DNA of 32,000 nt from an archaeon GW2011_AR10 (GCA_000830275.1 CP010424.1:840001-872000); one strand, 5' to 3'; counted from the first letter of the stretch, positions 17,701 to 25,074 are shown. Made by a program: numbers and translations. The notes: a model not told the origin generated them from the sequence alone.

Positions 17701-18993
17701 GACGAGGGTTGAGATGGCTTCATCAGAAAAAAACTCAAGTTCTTCATGGAATTCTTTTGCCTCAAGCAGAAGCTGTTTTAGTTTAAGGGTTTTTTCGCCA
17801 AGAGAGATTTGCCCAAGCGCTTCAGCAGTTGAAAGCGCCTGAATCCTTGAGTTGAATTCAAACAGCTTTTTGAGGCCTTCCTCTTTTGCAGTTGAAATTC
17901 CTTTTATTGCATCCTCCTGTGAAACAATTATTGTTTCCTGGCTTAGCATTGAAATCAGCTCAGCCAAGAAGTCTTCATCAAAGTCACGGTAGGAAGCTGA
18001 ATCAATCAGCTCGATTTTTTCCCTGGAATCTTCCAATAGCACTGAAATTTCCTCTTCCAAGGAGTGGTTCCGCTGCATGAGCTCCTGCTTGTGCTTGTGC
18101 GTTCGGTTCATCAAGTCAAAAAAGTAAAGCGTGGTTGAATCGCCAACTCCGACAAAACCGTTGAGAGAGTTGAGCAGCTCAAATGAGGGGAAATGCTGGA
18201 GAGCGCTGACTGCATCGCTTAATGTCATGGAGTCAGCGAAGAAATTTGCAACTGAGCTTACCGAACTGCCTATAATCGGAACAAAGAAAGGTTTTTTTGG
18301 AACACTAGGAGAGAGTTTTTTGTCTGCAGCTTTAATTAGGTCAGCAAGAGTTGACTCCTTGAGAATGCGCTGCTCGAATCCAAGAGCTTCGGAGAATTTT
18401 TGGAATTCCGCAGCCCTGCTGAACTGCATTGAAGCAAAGCCCCCTGCGTTTTCCATTTGCGGGTTGGCTAACTGGAGGATGTTGTTGTTTAATGCAGTGA
18501 AATCATCGAACAGTTTTTCCTCCCTTATTTTTTCAATTTCCTCTCCTTCAAGCTCTGCGCGCTCAAGGAACATCGCGTAATATGCCAAGCCATTCAAGGC
18601 GTCAACCTCTTCAAATGCTCCAACCAAGTGGTGGTTGAGTTCATTGATTTGGCGCGGCAATTCAGAGAGGCTCTGTTGGTTAGAGCAAAGGGCATAAATC
18701 TCCTTGAGGTTGTCTTTTGCGCGGGAAAAGTAAAGCCAGCTTCGCGCAACCCTGTTTTTGTACTCGTGCATTACCTGCTGCACTTCAGCCGAAAACAGAT
18801 TCTCCTCTGCATCAAAACTGCTTTCAACCAGCTCAAAGCATTTCTCCTGGCTTTTACAATAAGGTATTTCGGCGTTAGAGTAGGAAGCCAGCTCCATACA
18901 GAGAAGCCTATCCCCAGTTGATGCTTCCTGGCTGCAGCCGAACAAAAACAGCAAAAAAACCAGGCCAGAAATCCACTTTGTCGAGGAAGCCAT
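14758..18993 (-). CDS. Giant (1411 aa) coiled-coil surface protein with a lipobox-like N-terminus and C-terminal TM anchor
   Basis: The N-terminus MASSTKWISGLVFLLFLFGCSQ is a signal peptide plus an LFGC lipobox-like motif. More than 1300 aa of E/L/K/S-rich helical sequence follow. The C-terminus VYPLLGVIAVVAFF is followed by RYKKSRQ. Only low-complexity antisense ORFs overlap the gene. Confidence 0.8.
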   Translation of the reverse strand: MASSTKWISGLVFLLFLFGCSQEASTGDRLLCMELASYSNAEIPYCKSQEKCFELVESSFDAEENLFSAEVQQVMHEYKNRVARSWLYFSRAKDNLKEIYALCSNQQSLSELPRQINELNHHLVGAFEEVDALNGLAYYAMFLERAELEGEEIEKIREEKLFDDFTALNNNILQLANPQMENAGGFASMQFSRAAEFQKFSEALGFEQRILKESTLADLIKAADKKLSPSVPKKPFFVPIIGSSVSSVANFFADSMTLSDAVSALQHFPSFELLNSLNGFVGVGDSTTLYFFDLMNRTHKHKQELMQRNHSLEEEISVLLEDSREKIELIDSASYRDFDEDFLAELISMLSQETIIVSQEDAIKGISTAKEEGLKKLFEFNSRIQALSTAEALGQISLGEKTLKLKQLLLEAKEFHEELEFFSDEAISTLVGLCESRISLVEQQLNKISFGEQENFLLSDLASVTRLRVNRFNSSTRPKEKLQNCKPVFESFASLKAALGNPEVFRLEQANSVKECIDFLERAFSSSESDAFSELQPLFNQLKFLDFSSSPFILSSCENLREKVESSLSELPEAESIAANHSASQRFVELLGLLETAKVNGFSAEELFGLRQRFEGESTFFDGPQLNFSKALGKLKQLNESSFKLRQDSKKTFLESLQNYLQENAGIELFSDSIPKTNEPFSARKKFTLRNNLAEFDGPLQLRFETKDSGSAVFSHATPNVKSVSLSNGVMIVDLNFVPLGLTVFSVDFNSVPATATHVDELLFLDSDKALFEREILIEAPALIPKLLVLSEFNPALTVERESITVIFREKQLQFHFLDGKLAFFAESVAGKEKARVFFNVLKPVEVEFNEPKLDKVDENRFDYTFPFSVKNKLAFELKKAKVLLPFPIKERNIAWLKAFDSTGKSIPVEVISDESVSVTFDELPPNQPKQFFISLEVSNYEQYWTSVLASLKQKVSLINGSNEPGLRAKADLLLGEIEGLEESRDLVNEKSIGAIIGLSQLVASLENEQSGFEQKSQDFLVFERELHQELNQFKGELERLKGFSQKPVFANLFLKDFSQENFTEQMQSSLQKAELHLSKAENLFNEKDLNAAFSELLLARSVIAEKPYAGISGLFLEEKNKLEKLANDFFSKAFSVGLDEGSISTERDELLELSRKAEEAISRQELSVAETLLSTFSEKVFDFNSLLEKSAKEKLNKILERTSAFEELKQLVSEKISLLRSALSSPAIPSNYVAPTTVERLEKLEEKANSEQLLSVSSSISEFMEAINEKEPFKALELSNFFSPELDTAINSLERIEKELAGDLDKLKEDSVSAFNFAAIKYNAAPPNEEARQLIEKAKSELEQSNYVEAINLSSRATGLLSFSNAEQFSVPSAVYPLLGVIAVVAFFRYKKSRQPEKQKLRVEKINFKG

Positions 18994-19046
18994 TAATAAC
19001 TAATTGACGAAAACAATTAAAAAGATTTTCGACAATTGACGAAGAA

Positions 19047-19169
19047 CTATTTTTTGGCTTTTTTGCCTGTCTGCTGCCCAACTAACTGGCTTAAGCGGAA
19101 AAGAATCAGTATTTCCAGCGCCAGCGTAACAATCTGCGCAAGCAAAATAATGAACTCATAAGATGCCAT
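19047..19169 (-). CDS. Candidate 40-aa single-TM microprotein (MASYEFIILLAQIVTLALEILILFRLSQLVGQQTGKKAKK)
   Basis: GGAGGG lies 5 nt upstream of the ATG. The peptide has a hydrophobic core and a basic tail. It sits 53 nt upstream of, and co-oriented with, the giant gene. The ORF is below the ORF-track cutoff. Confidence 0.4.
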   Translation of the reverse strand: MASYEFIILLAQIVTLALEILILFRLSQLVGQQTGKKAKK

Positions 19170-19223
19170 GACTTCCCTCCAACGCTTAACAGTAAGGCCA
19201 AAGAGGTATTTAAGTGTTATTGC

Positions 19224-19844
19224 TTAGGGCGATTGCAATCCAAGCAGTTCTTTTACGCGCTCTTTTTCAAGCGAAAGTTCGAGGCTGTTTACTTCGCCTC
19301 GTTTGTTTTTTACTTTTTTGAAGAAGCGCTCAACCAAGCTCACATAAGGTGGATAAGTGCCGCTTCTAACTGAAACATCAAGGTTTACTTTCATGCCTTC
19401 CCTTATTGCCTTGCGGTTCCTGAAAATGAACTCAGACAACAGGAATTCAGCTGGAGGAATGCCTCCAAGCTTTTTCTTGAAATCATTGCTCTTGCTTTCC
19501 TCAAGCACTGCACTCCATACAAACTCATCTCTTTCATGGTGCTTTAAGTAAGCCGTCCGCTCCATTTGAATTGAAATGCCGACAGTGTTGCCGTAGCGGA
19601 TATGCTTTAAGGCAAACCTTGGCTCAAGCGTTTTTCCGGTTCGCTCAAATAGTACGAGGTGAGGTGCAGGCACTACGCCTTCCGGCATATAATTGCTTAC
19701 ATTTATGAAACTGTCACCGTAAACCCATTGATTGAATGAACGGAACATGAAATTTTCAGGGGAACGCCTTACCTCAAAAAAAGGTTTTCTCTTAGCCGGT
19801 TTTTTTTTACGTTTGGGGTTTCTCCTTGGGAGCCTTCCACGCAT
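19224..19844 (-). CDS. Hypothetical protein with a polybasic N-terminus
   Basis: MRGRLPRRNPKRKKKPAKRKP is followed by a globular-looking 180 aa. I recognise no motif. The composition is coding-like, and the antisense ORF is short and low in complexity. Confidence 0.65.
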   Translation of the reverse strand: MRGRLPRRNPKRKKKPAKRKPFFEVRRSPENFMFRSFNQWVYGDSFINVSNYMPEGVVPAPHLVLFERTGKTLEPRFALKHIRYGNTVGISIQMERTAYLKHHERDEFVWSAVLEESKSNDFKKKLGGIPPAEFLLSEFIFRNRKAIREGMKVNLDVSVRSGTYPPYVSLVERFFKKVKNKRGEVNSLELSLEKERVKELLGLQSP

Positions 19845-19903
19845 GTAAATAAGAAACTGGATGGGAATTTAAAACTTTATTGGACTGGACTGAAAACAGC
19901 AAA

Positions 19904-20176
19904 TTATTCCGGCAATTCGCATGTTTCAGGGTCTATGTTCAGCTGCTGGAGGCAGGAATAGTATAAGTCGGCTTGCGCGTCAAGGGAGTAGTTCTTTTCC
20001 TGCAGGGAATTGAAGTCAGAGAACAGGGAAGCGTTAAGCGTCGGGTCAACCACTTGGTTTGTTACAATCACACCGAGAATAAACCCTGCGAGGAAAATAA
20101 TTGCGATAATCGCGCGCTGCTTGGTCCAAAAGCCCTTTCTCTTCGAGCGCTTCGGTGCACTGTCTTCATCAGCCAT
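19904..20176 (-). CDS. Small membrane protein (90 aa, one TM)
   Basis: A basic N-terminus (KRSKRKGFWTKQR) is followed by the TM AIIAIIFLAGFILGVIV, then an extracytoplasmic tail with two Cys. Confidence 0.6.
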   Translation of the reverse strand: MADEDSAPKRSKRKGFWTKQRAIIAIIFLAGFILGVIVTNQVVDPTLNASLFSDFNSLQEKNYSLDAQADLYYSCLQQLNIDPETCELPE

Positions 20177-20233
20177 TGCAGAAGAAATAAGTCAAAGGAA
20201 GTATTTTAAGTTTTCTAAGACCAAACCGAATAA

Positions 20234-21280
20234 TCAAGCGGAATTGAAAACAATTTTTGTGGATTTTCCTTCAAGGTCGGGCCTTACAAGCAGAACAATT
20301 CGTCCAAGCACTGATTCATTGCTGTACTTGTAGCCTGAGGCTTCAGCAATTTTTTCAGCGAACGCCTTCACTTCTGGGTGCAACAGCATGTTCTCCCTGT
20401 TCAAGCGCTGCCTGCTCATTCCGATGTGCATGTAAGATTTTATTTCAAGGAACTCTGGGTTGGCTTTCCTGATAATTTTTGCCCAGTCGGCAGCCATCTC
20501 AGGCATATCGTTAAGGCCCCTGATTATAGTGAACCTTATTACCCTTCGCACTTTGAGTTTTCCGATTACTTCAAGCGATTTGTTCAGCCTTTCCCACCCA
20601 TCCTTGAAAACGCTTCTATTGATTTTCTTGAAGAGCGCTTCGTTCGGCGCATCCAAGGAAACGTAAAGCTGTGTTGGGAGAAAATCCTCGTTGGAAGCCA
20701 TTTTCTCGAAAACCTGCGGGAGCTGCGCATTCGTAACCAAAAAAACGGATTTTGTATCGGGCAAGCGCTTGATTTCCACAATAAGCTCACAGATTTTTGG
20801 GTACATTGTGGGTTCGCCACTTAGGGAAACTGCCCAGTGGCTTGGAAGCTGCGCTTCCTTGAACTTTTGTTCGTGCAACCCGGGCAAGCCGCCGAAACCG
20901 CTTAACAGTTTCTTCCTTGATTTGATGACTCCGTCAATTATGTCCCTTGGCTCGTCAACAATTTTGTTGTCAAGGTTGACGTCCTTCATGAACTCCATTG
21001 GGCGCCAGCAGAAAACACAGTTCTCGTTGCACCACATTGCAGCAGGGGACATCTGCGCGCACCTGTGGCAGTCAATGCCGTAGAATTTCTCCTTATAGCA
21101 GGGCTCTGCGCCTTTAAAGGTTTTCTTGTTGTAAGTGCAGACCTGCACAGCAGAATGGTTCCCTACAACAGCGTACTTTTTCGCGTGGAGCTGCTTAACC
21201 ACATAATCAGGGAGCTTTGCAATTTCCTTTGAAGCAATTTCTGCTTGCCCTTTATCTGTAACTGCAACCTGCCCCTTCAT
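20234..21280 (-). CDS. taw1: tRNA 4-demethylwyosine synthase (radical SAM, Taw1/TYW1)
   Basis: It has the radical-SAM cluster CNENCVFCW and is colinear with the archaeal Taw1 I recall (KFYGI..HRC.Q..P....C...C.FCWR, SLSGEPT, IRTT/FTIIRG, ELKSYMH). The ATG at 21280 is used here. A GTG at 21322 is an alternative start, about 25 nt from a TATA-like box. Confidence 0.9.
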   Translation of the reverse strand: MKGQVAVTDKGQAEIASKEIAKLPDYVVKQLHAKKYAVVGNHSAVQVCTYNKKTFKGAEPCYKEKFYGIDCHRCAQMSPAAMWCNENCVFCWRPMEFMKDVNLDNKIVDEPRDIIDGVIKSRKKLLSGFGGLPGLHEQKFKEAQLPSHWAVSLSGEPTMYPKICELIVEIKRLPDTKSVFLVTNAQLPQVFEKMASNEDFLPTQLYVSLDAPNEALFKKINRSVFKDGWERLNKSLEVIGKLKVRRVIRFTIIRGLNDMPEMAADWAKIIRKANPEFLEIKSYMHIGMSRQRLNRENMLLHPEVKAFAEKIAEASGYKYSNESVLGRIVLLVRPDLEGKSTKIVFNSA

Positions 21281-21325
21281 GCTTAAGACTACATAACGAA
21301 AATGGTTTAAAATTCTATGCACATG

Positions 21326-21596
21326 GCAAACAGCTTTGATTTTTGAGCATTAATTCTGTTTGCTAAATGCAAAATGCAATTTTTTTAGCAAAAGACATTA
21401 GTTTTGGTAATTTCTTAATGTCTTTTGCGACTATAGCAAACAGCCAATATTTTTGAACTTTATACTGCTGTTTGCTAGATGCAAAACGCAGTTTCAATGT
21501 TCAATTACTTAAGCGTTTTGCTATAGCGAATGACTTGTTTTCTACCATTATTAAAGTCATTCGCTATTTGTTCAAATACATAAGCGTTTTGCTATA
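21326..21596. repeat. Composite array of direct repeats and perfect hairpins in the taw1/PRC-barrel spacer
   Basis: Two units of about 55 bp lie 110 bp apart (21326-21378 and 21436-21490), each with the form GCAAACAG-N22/24-CTGTTTGC-TARATGCAAAAYGCA. Hairpins: GCAAAAGACATTA/TAATGTCTTTTGC (21388-21428), GCAAAACGC/GCGTTTTGC (21481-21521) and TAGCGAATGAC/GTCATTCGCTA (21524-21566). A 16-bp direct repeat, TAAGCGTTTTGCTATA, occurs at 21510 and 21581. Confidence 0.8.
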
Positions 21597-21713
21597 TATT
21601 ATACAAAACTTGCAGGGGCAGAAAGGAAAAAACTTAAAAAAGCCTTATGTAGACTTAGTTTTTTGGATAAATTTATAAACAAGTAAGTCTTTTATTATAC
21701 AGGGGTTATTGAA

Positions 21714-21983
21714 ATGTACAAGTATACTATTGCAAGACAGCTGGCAACTAAAAGAGTCATAACCAACAGGGGCGACGAAGTGGGAAAGCTAACTGACCTC
21801 TTGGTTGAGGAAACAAATGGCGACATTGAAGCGCTTTTGGTGGAAGTTGACCGCGACAGCAAGTTGGCAAGAAGAATAGATTCAAAGGACAGGATTATTC
21901 GCATACCTTACTCTGCTGTTACTGCTGTCAGTGACGTCTTCATCGTGGACGAACGAGAGTTAGGAACTATAACCACAGAGTAA
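21714..21983 (+). CDS. PRC-barrel domain protein (89 aa)
   Basis: RVITNRGDEVGKLTDLLVEETNGDIEALLVEV and IIRIPYSAVTAVSDVFIV fit the small archaeal PRC-barrel pattern. Confidence 0.75.
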   Translation: MYKYTIARQLATKRVITNRGDEVGKLTDLLVEETNGDIEALLVEVDRDSKLARRIDSKDRIIRIPYSAVTAVSDVFIVDERELGTITTE

Positions 21984-22030
21984 ACAAACAGTTGGACATC
22001 CAAAAAATGGCCCTCTGTTATGTTTAATTT

Positions 22031-23155
22031 CTAAAACTCTAGCGTAATCTGTTTTTTCTTGAGGTCCACGCTTTGAAGGTTTTCTGCTGCAACCCGGTTT
22101 TTGCCTGCAACAGATTTAATCTTATACATAATTTCTTTTTCGTTGAGGCCTTTACCTGAGAGGGCTTTCACTGCTTTCACTATTTCCTCCAAGTCATTGT
22201 AGTGCGAGTAAATTAGTTCAGAGCGCTTCCTGTTCTCCTCTATCTGCGCTTCAAACCGCTCTTTTGCCTTCAATTGTTCGCGGAAGTTAACTTCAAGGCG
22301 CTCTACTTCCTTGCTTTTAGTGCTCTCTGCCTCTTTCTTTCCTCCCTCCTTGAAGGAAGCAGCAAAAGCCTCATCCAGGGCACGATTTAGAGAGGAAACG
22401 CTTTCCTGTTTTTCCTGCAAAGAATTGAACCTGAAGGGGAGAAGAGAACTGCCTACTTTTACCGGTGCAAGTTTCTCCAATGAAACAGTGTGGAATTCCT
22501 TAATTGCCTTTGCGAGCTCCCCTGCTTGTTTTTCCTGCAGGGAAGATGCTGCTAAATGCTTTTCCAGGCCGAGGTTGAAGAGAATTTCCTCTGCTGCAAG
22601 CGGTGAAATGTTTATTTCGCGGATTATTGCTCTAGCCAAGTCGGTTTTGCTTTCCTTTAAGGCTGAAGAAAAGGGTTTTTCGTTAATTTCAAGCGGTGAA
22701 ATGCCTTGCTGTGGCGGCAGCTTGTAGGGAGAACCCCTTTTAAGGGTTCTGTCACGCCATTCCCTTGGATTCTGCACTGCCAGTATTGTGAGTTCCTTGT
22801 CTGTTAGTATGATGTTGCTGTGCTGAACGAACTCAAGGAAGAGGAAGTACTCTTCAAAAGAAATTTTTACAATGCGGTCAAGGCCCTGCTGTTCAATGCA
22901 GGAAATGCGCCTATTAAGGAGGTGCTTTTTCATTGACTGGATAAGGGGGGAGCTTCCTTCCCCTGCAGGAAGCCTGAATGATGTCAGAAAAAAGGAGGAA
23001 GGCGTTATTATTATGTCTTTTGGCCCTTCCCCTGAGTGAATTTTTAGCTTCAACACCCCCTTTTGGAGCAACTGAACCTTGTTTAGAAAGGATTTTTCCA
23101 CTAATGGCTTCAGCTCCTCCACGAGGTAGGCAAGGGCAAGGTTGAATAGCTGCAT
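22031..23155 (-). CDS. NFACT-N (RqcH/FbpA-like) protein, short form
   Basis: The N-terminal pattern fits NFACT-N: LALAYLVEELKPLVEKSFLNKVQLLQKGVLKLKI ... SMKKHLLNRRISCIEQQGLDRIVKISFE...LFLEFVQHSNIILTD. A helical hairpin follows. The ORF ends after about 375 aa with no NFACT-R/DUF814 part. The ATG at 23155 is preferred over the TTG at 23164. Confidence 0.65.
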   Translation of the reverse strand: MQLFNLALAYLVEELKPLVEKSFLNKVQLLQKGVLKLKIHSGEGPKDIIITPSSFFLTSFRLPAGEGSSPLIQSMKKHLLNRRISCIEQQGLDRIVKISFEEYFLFLEFVQHSNIILTDKELTILAVQNPREWRDRTLKRGSPYKLPPQQGISPLEINEKPFSSALKESKTDLARAIIREINISPLAAEEILFNLGLEKHLAASSLQEKQAGELAKAIKEFHTVSLEKLAPVKVGSSLLPFRFNSLQEKQESVSSLNRALDEAFAASFKEGGKKEAESTKSKEVERLEVNFREQLKAKERFEAQIEENRKRSELIYSHYNDLEEIVKAVKALSGKGLNEKEIMYKIKSVAGKNRVAAENLQSVDLKKKQITLEF

Positions 23156-23259
23156 AGGGAACAAAAGGGTGTTGAATACTTATTAACCTAATTAGTGCAT
23201 GCAAATGGGCGAGGTAAAGGCTGAAACAAAATATTAATGTTTTCACGGATTATATTGCT

Positions 23260-23904
23260 ATGCCGGGAAAACCAATAGAACGCGGGCGGTTTAGACGGTT
23301 TATTTCAAGGCTTAACCCGAGAAGAGTTCTAAGGAACCGTGCACTCAACAGAACCCTTGTGGAAGCGGATGTTTTTACTGCGCAAGGACAAATCGCTTTC
23401 GCTGCTGCTGTTTTAGAGAAATACGATGCAAGAAACAGAAAAATCGAGGAGCATGAATTAAGGGCAGGCTCGACAAAAGCATGGGATACGCCTGTTATCC
23501 GGAATGCGTTAGAGCAAAAACTCAATGGGCAAATTTTTGGTGGCTTTGGGCAGCTGAGCAAAGAGCTGCCTGAAATTATCAGGGGAAAGAATGCAAGACC
23601 AGAACATTTAACGGAAAGAATTAAACAATTGAATCCCAACATCAGAAATGCAAGTGAAGCAGGGGCGGAAGCCAAAAGAATTGCTGACGAACTGAACCGC
23701 AGAAGCACAAAGGCATACAATGCAAACTTTGAAATTTTAGTTTTGTCTGAAGAAATCAGGGCAAAGATAAAAAAAGGCGGAAGGGAATTAACTGAAAGCG
23801 AAAAGCGAAGATTGTTTGATTTAAAGAATGCGAAGGATGCGTTCGGGCAGATTCTAACCGGAGTGCACGGCAATATTGAATTGCTCAGCGAACAATTCAA
23901 CTAA
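23260..23904 (+). CDS. Hypothetical R/E/K-rich helical protein, likely co-transcribed with coaBC
   Basis: It is 214 aa with balanced composition, and its stop lies 9 nt before the coaBC ATG. The full-length mirror ORF on the minus strand is S/F/L/C-rich and judged spurious. Confidence 0.6.
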   Translation: MPGKPIERGRFRRFISRLNPRRVLRNRALNRTLVEADVFTAQGQIAFAAAVLEKYDARNRKIEEHELRAGSTKAWDTPVIRNALEQKLNGQIFGGFGQLSKELPEIIRGKNARPEHLTERIKQLNPNIRNASEAGAEAKRIADELNRRSTKAYNANFEILVLSEEIRAKIKKGGRELTESEKRRLFDLKNAKDAFGQILTGVHGNIELLSEQFN

Positions 23905-23913
23905 GGCTATTTT

Positions 23914-25074
23914 ATGAAAGGGAAAACAATTGTTTTGGGGATTACGGGAAGTGTTGCAGCAGTTAAAGCGTTTGAGTTGTGCAGGCTGCTCAGGAAAAAA
24001 GGCGCTGAAGTGCAGGTTGTGATGAGCGAGGCAGCACTAAAGCTTGTTGGAGAGCAGGCAATGGAGTGGGCTTCAGGGAACAAGGTTATAACTTCCTTGA
24101 GCGGAGCAACAGAGCACGTGCAGCTGTTTGGCGCAAAAGGGAAAGCAGATTTGCTGTTAATTGCACCTGCAACAGCAAACACAATTTCAAAAATCGCAAT
24201 GGGAATAGATGACACTCCAATCACTACTTTCGCTACAACAGCAATTGGAAGCAAAAAACCAGTTATAATTGCGCCTGCAATGCACGAGCCAATGTATGAG
24301 CACCCTATTGTGAAAGAAAACCTTGCAAAACTTGAAGCAATGCAAAGGGTGCGCGTAATTAGGCCGTTTATTGAGGATGAGAAAGCAAAACTAAAGGATG
24401 TTGATGAAATAGTGCTGGAGTGCGAGAAAGCACTGACAAAGCAGACACTGAGTAAAAAAAAAGTTATTATAACCAGCGGGGCAACAATTGAAGAAATTGA
24501 TCCGATTAGAGTTTTAACCTCAAAAAGCTCCGGGAAAACAGGAAGAGAAATAGCAAGGGAAGCTTACAGGCGGGGAGCAGATGTTACTCTTCTACATAAT
24601 GGGGTTGTTGAATCCGCAATTGCCTCTGTTGAGGCAAAATCAGGAAAAGAAATGCTTGATGCCACAATCCGAGAACTGGATAAGGGGGCTGATTTCCTTG
24701 TCTGCGCTGCGGCAATAAGCGATTTCAGCGTGAAAAAGAGCAATGAAAAAATCAAATCTGAAAAAAGGTTTTCAATAGAAATGGTTCCTGCAGAAAAACT
24801 GATTGAAAAGGCAAGAAAAAGGTTTCCTAAACTGAAAATTGCGGGCTTTAAGGCGGAAACCAATAAAAGCATGAAAGAGCTTGAAAAAATTGCTAAAGAA
24901 TTTTTGAGGAAAAACAAATTGCAGCTTGTTGTGGCAAACGATGTTGCAAGGAACGAAATGGGTTCTGATATTAACGAGGTTTTAATTGTTTCAGAAAAAA
25001 ATAATGCAGTTGTGAAAGGGGAAAAGGAAAAAATTGCTAAAGAAATTTGCAACCAGATTGAAAAAATAATCTAA
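23914..25074 (+). CDS. coaBC: Bifunctional phosphopantothenoylcysteine decarboxylase / synthetase (Dfp)
   Basis: The N-terminal flavoprotein domain has GITGSVAAVKAFEL, APATANTISKIA and APAMH. The C-terminal CoaB domain has ITSGATIEEIDPIRVLTSKSSGKTG and CAAAISDF. Confidence 0.9.
   Translation: MKGKTIVLGITGSVAAVKAFELCRLLRKKGAEVQVVMSEAALKLVGEQAMEWASGNKVITSLSGATEHVQLFGAKGKADLLLIAPATANTISKIAMGIDDTPITTFATTAIGSKKPVIIAPAMHEPMYEHPIVKENLAKLEAMQRVRVIRPFIEDEKAKLKDVDEIVLECEKALTKQTLSKKKVIITSGATIEEIDPIRVLTSKSSGKTGREIAREAYRRGADVTLLHNGVVESAIASVEAKSGKEMLDATIRELDKGADFLVCAAAISDFSVKKSNEKIKSEKRFSIEMVPAEKLIEKARKRFPKLKIAGFKAETNKSMKELEKIAKEFLRKNKLQLVVANDVARNEMGSDINEVLIVSEKNNAVVKGEKEKIAKEICNQIEKII
25039..25067. repeat. 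Left copy of a 29-bp direct repeat (inside the coaBC 3' end)
   Basis: AAAGAAATTTGCAACCAGATTGAAAAAAT recurs at 25704-25732 with one mismatch. Confidence 0.85.

Noticed and set aside
14954-18921. Many 60-150-aa plus-strand ORFs inside the giant gene
   Set aside because: All are S/F/L-rich antisense products of an E/K/L-rich coiled-coil gene, and none has a start context. The same reasoning applies to the antisense ORFs inside hel308, speB, pgk, gap, coaBC and the 29191-31923 gene.
21326-21596. CRISPR array
   Set aside because: The repeats are not of constant length or spacing, the would-be spacers themselves form hairpins and share sequence, there are only two or three units, and no cas genes are nearby.
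21472-21678. 68-aa plus-strand ORF inside the repeat-rich spacer
   Set aside because: It has a TTG start and no SD. The sequence is built from the repeat and hairpin arms, and the composition is hydrophobic and low in complexity.
23250-23900. 216-aa minus-strand ORF mirroring the 23260-23904 plus-strand ORF
   Set aside because: The S/F/L/C-rich composition is typical of the antisense strand of a K/E/R-rich gene. The plus-strand ORF has a balanced composition and is tightly coupled to coaBC.
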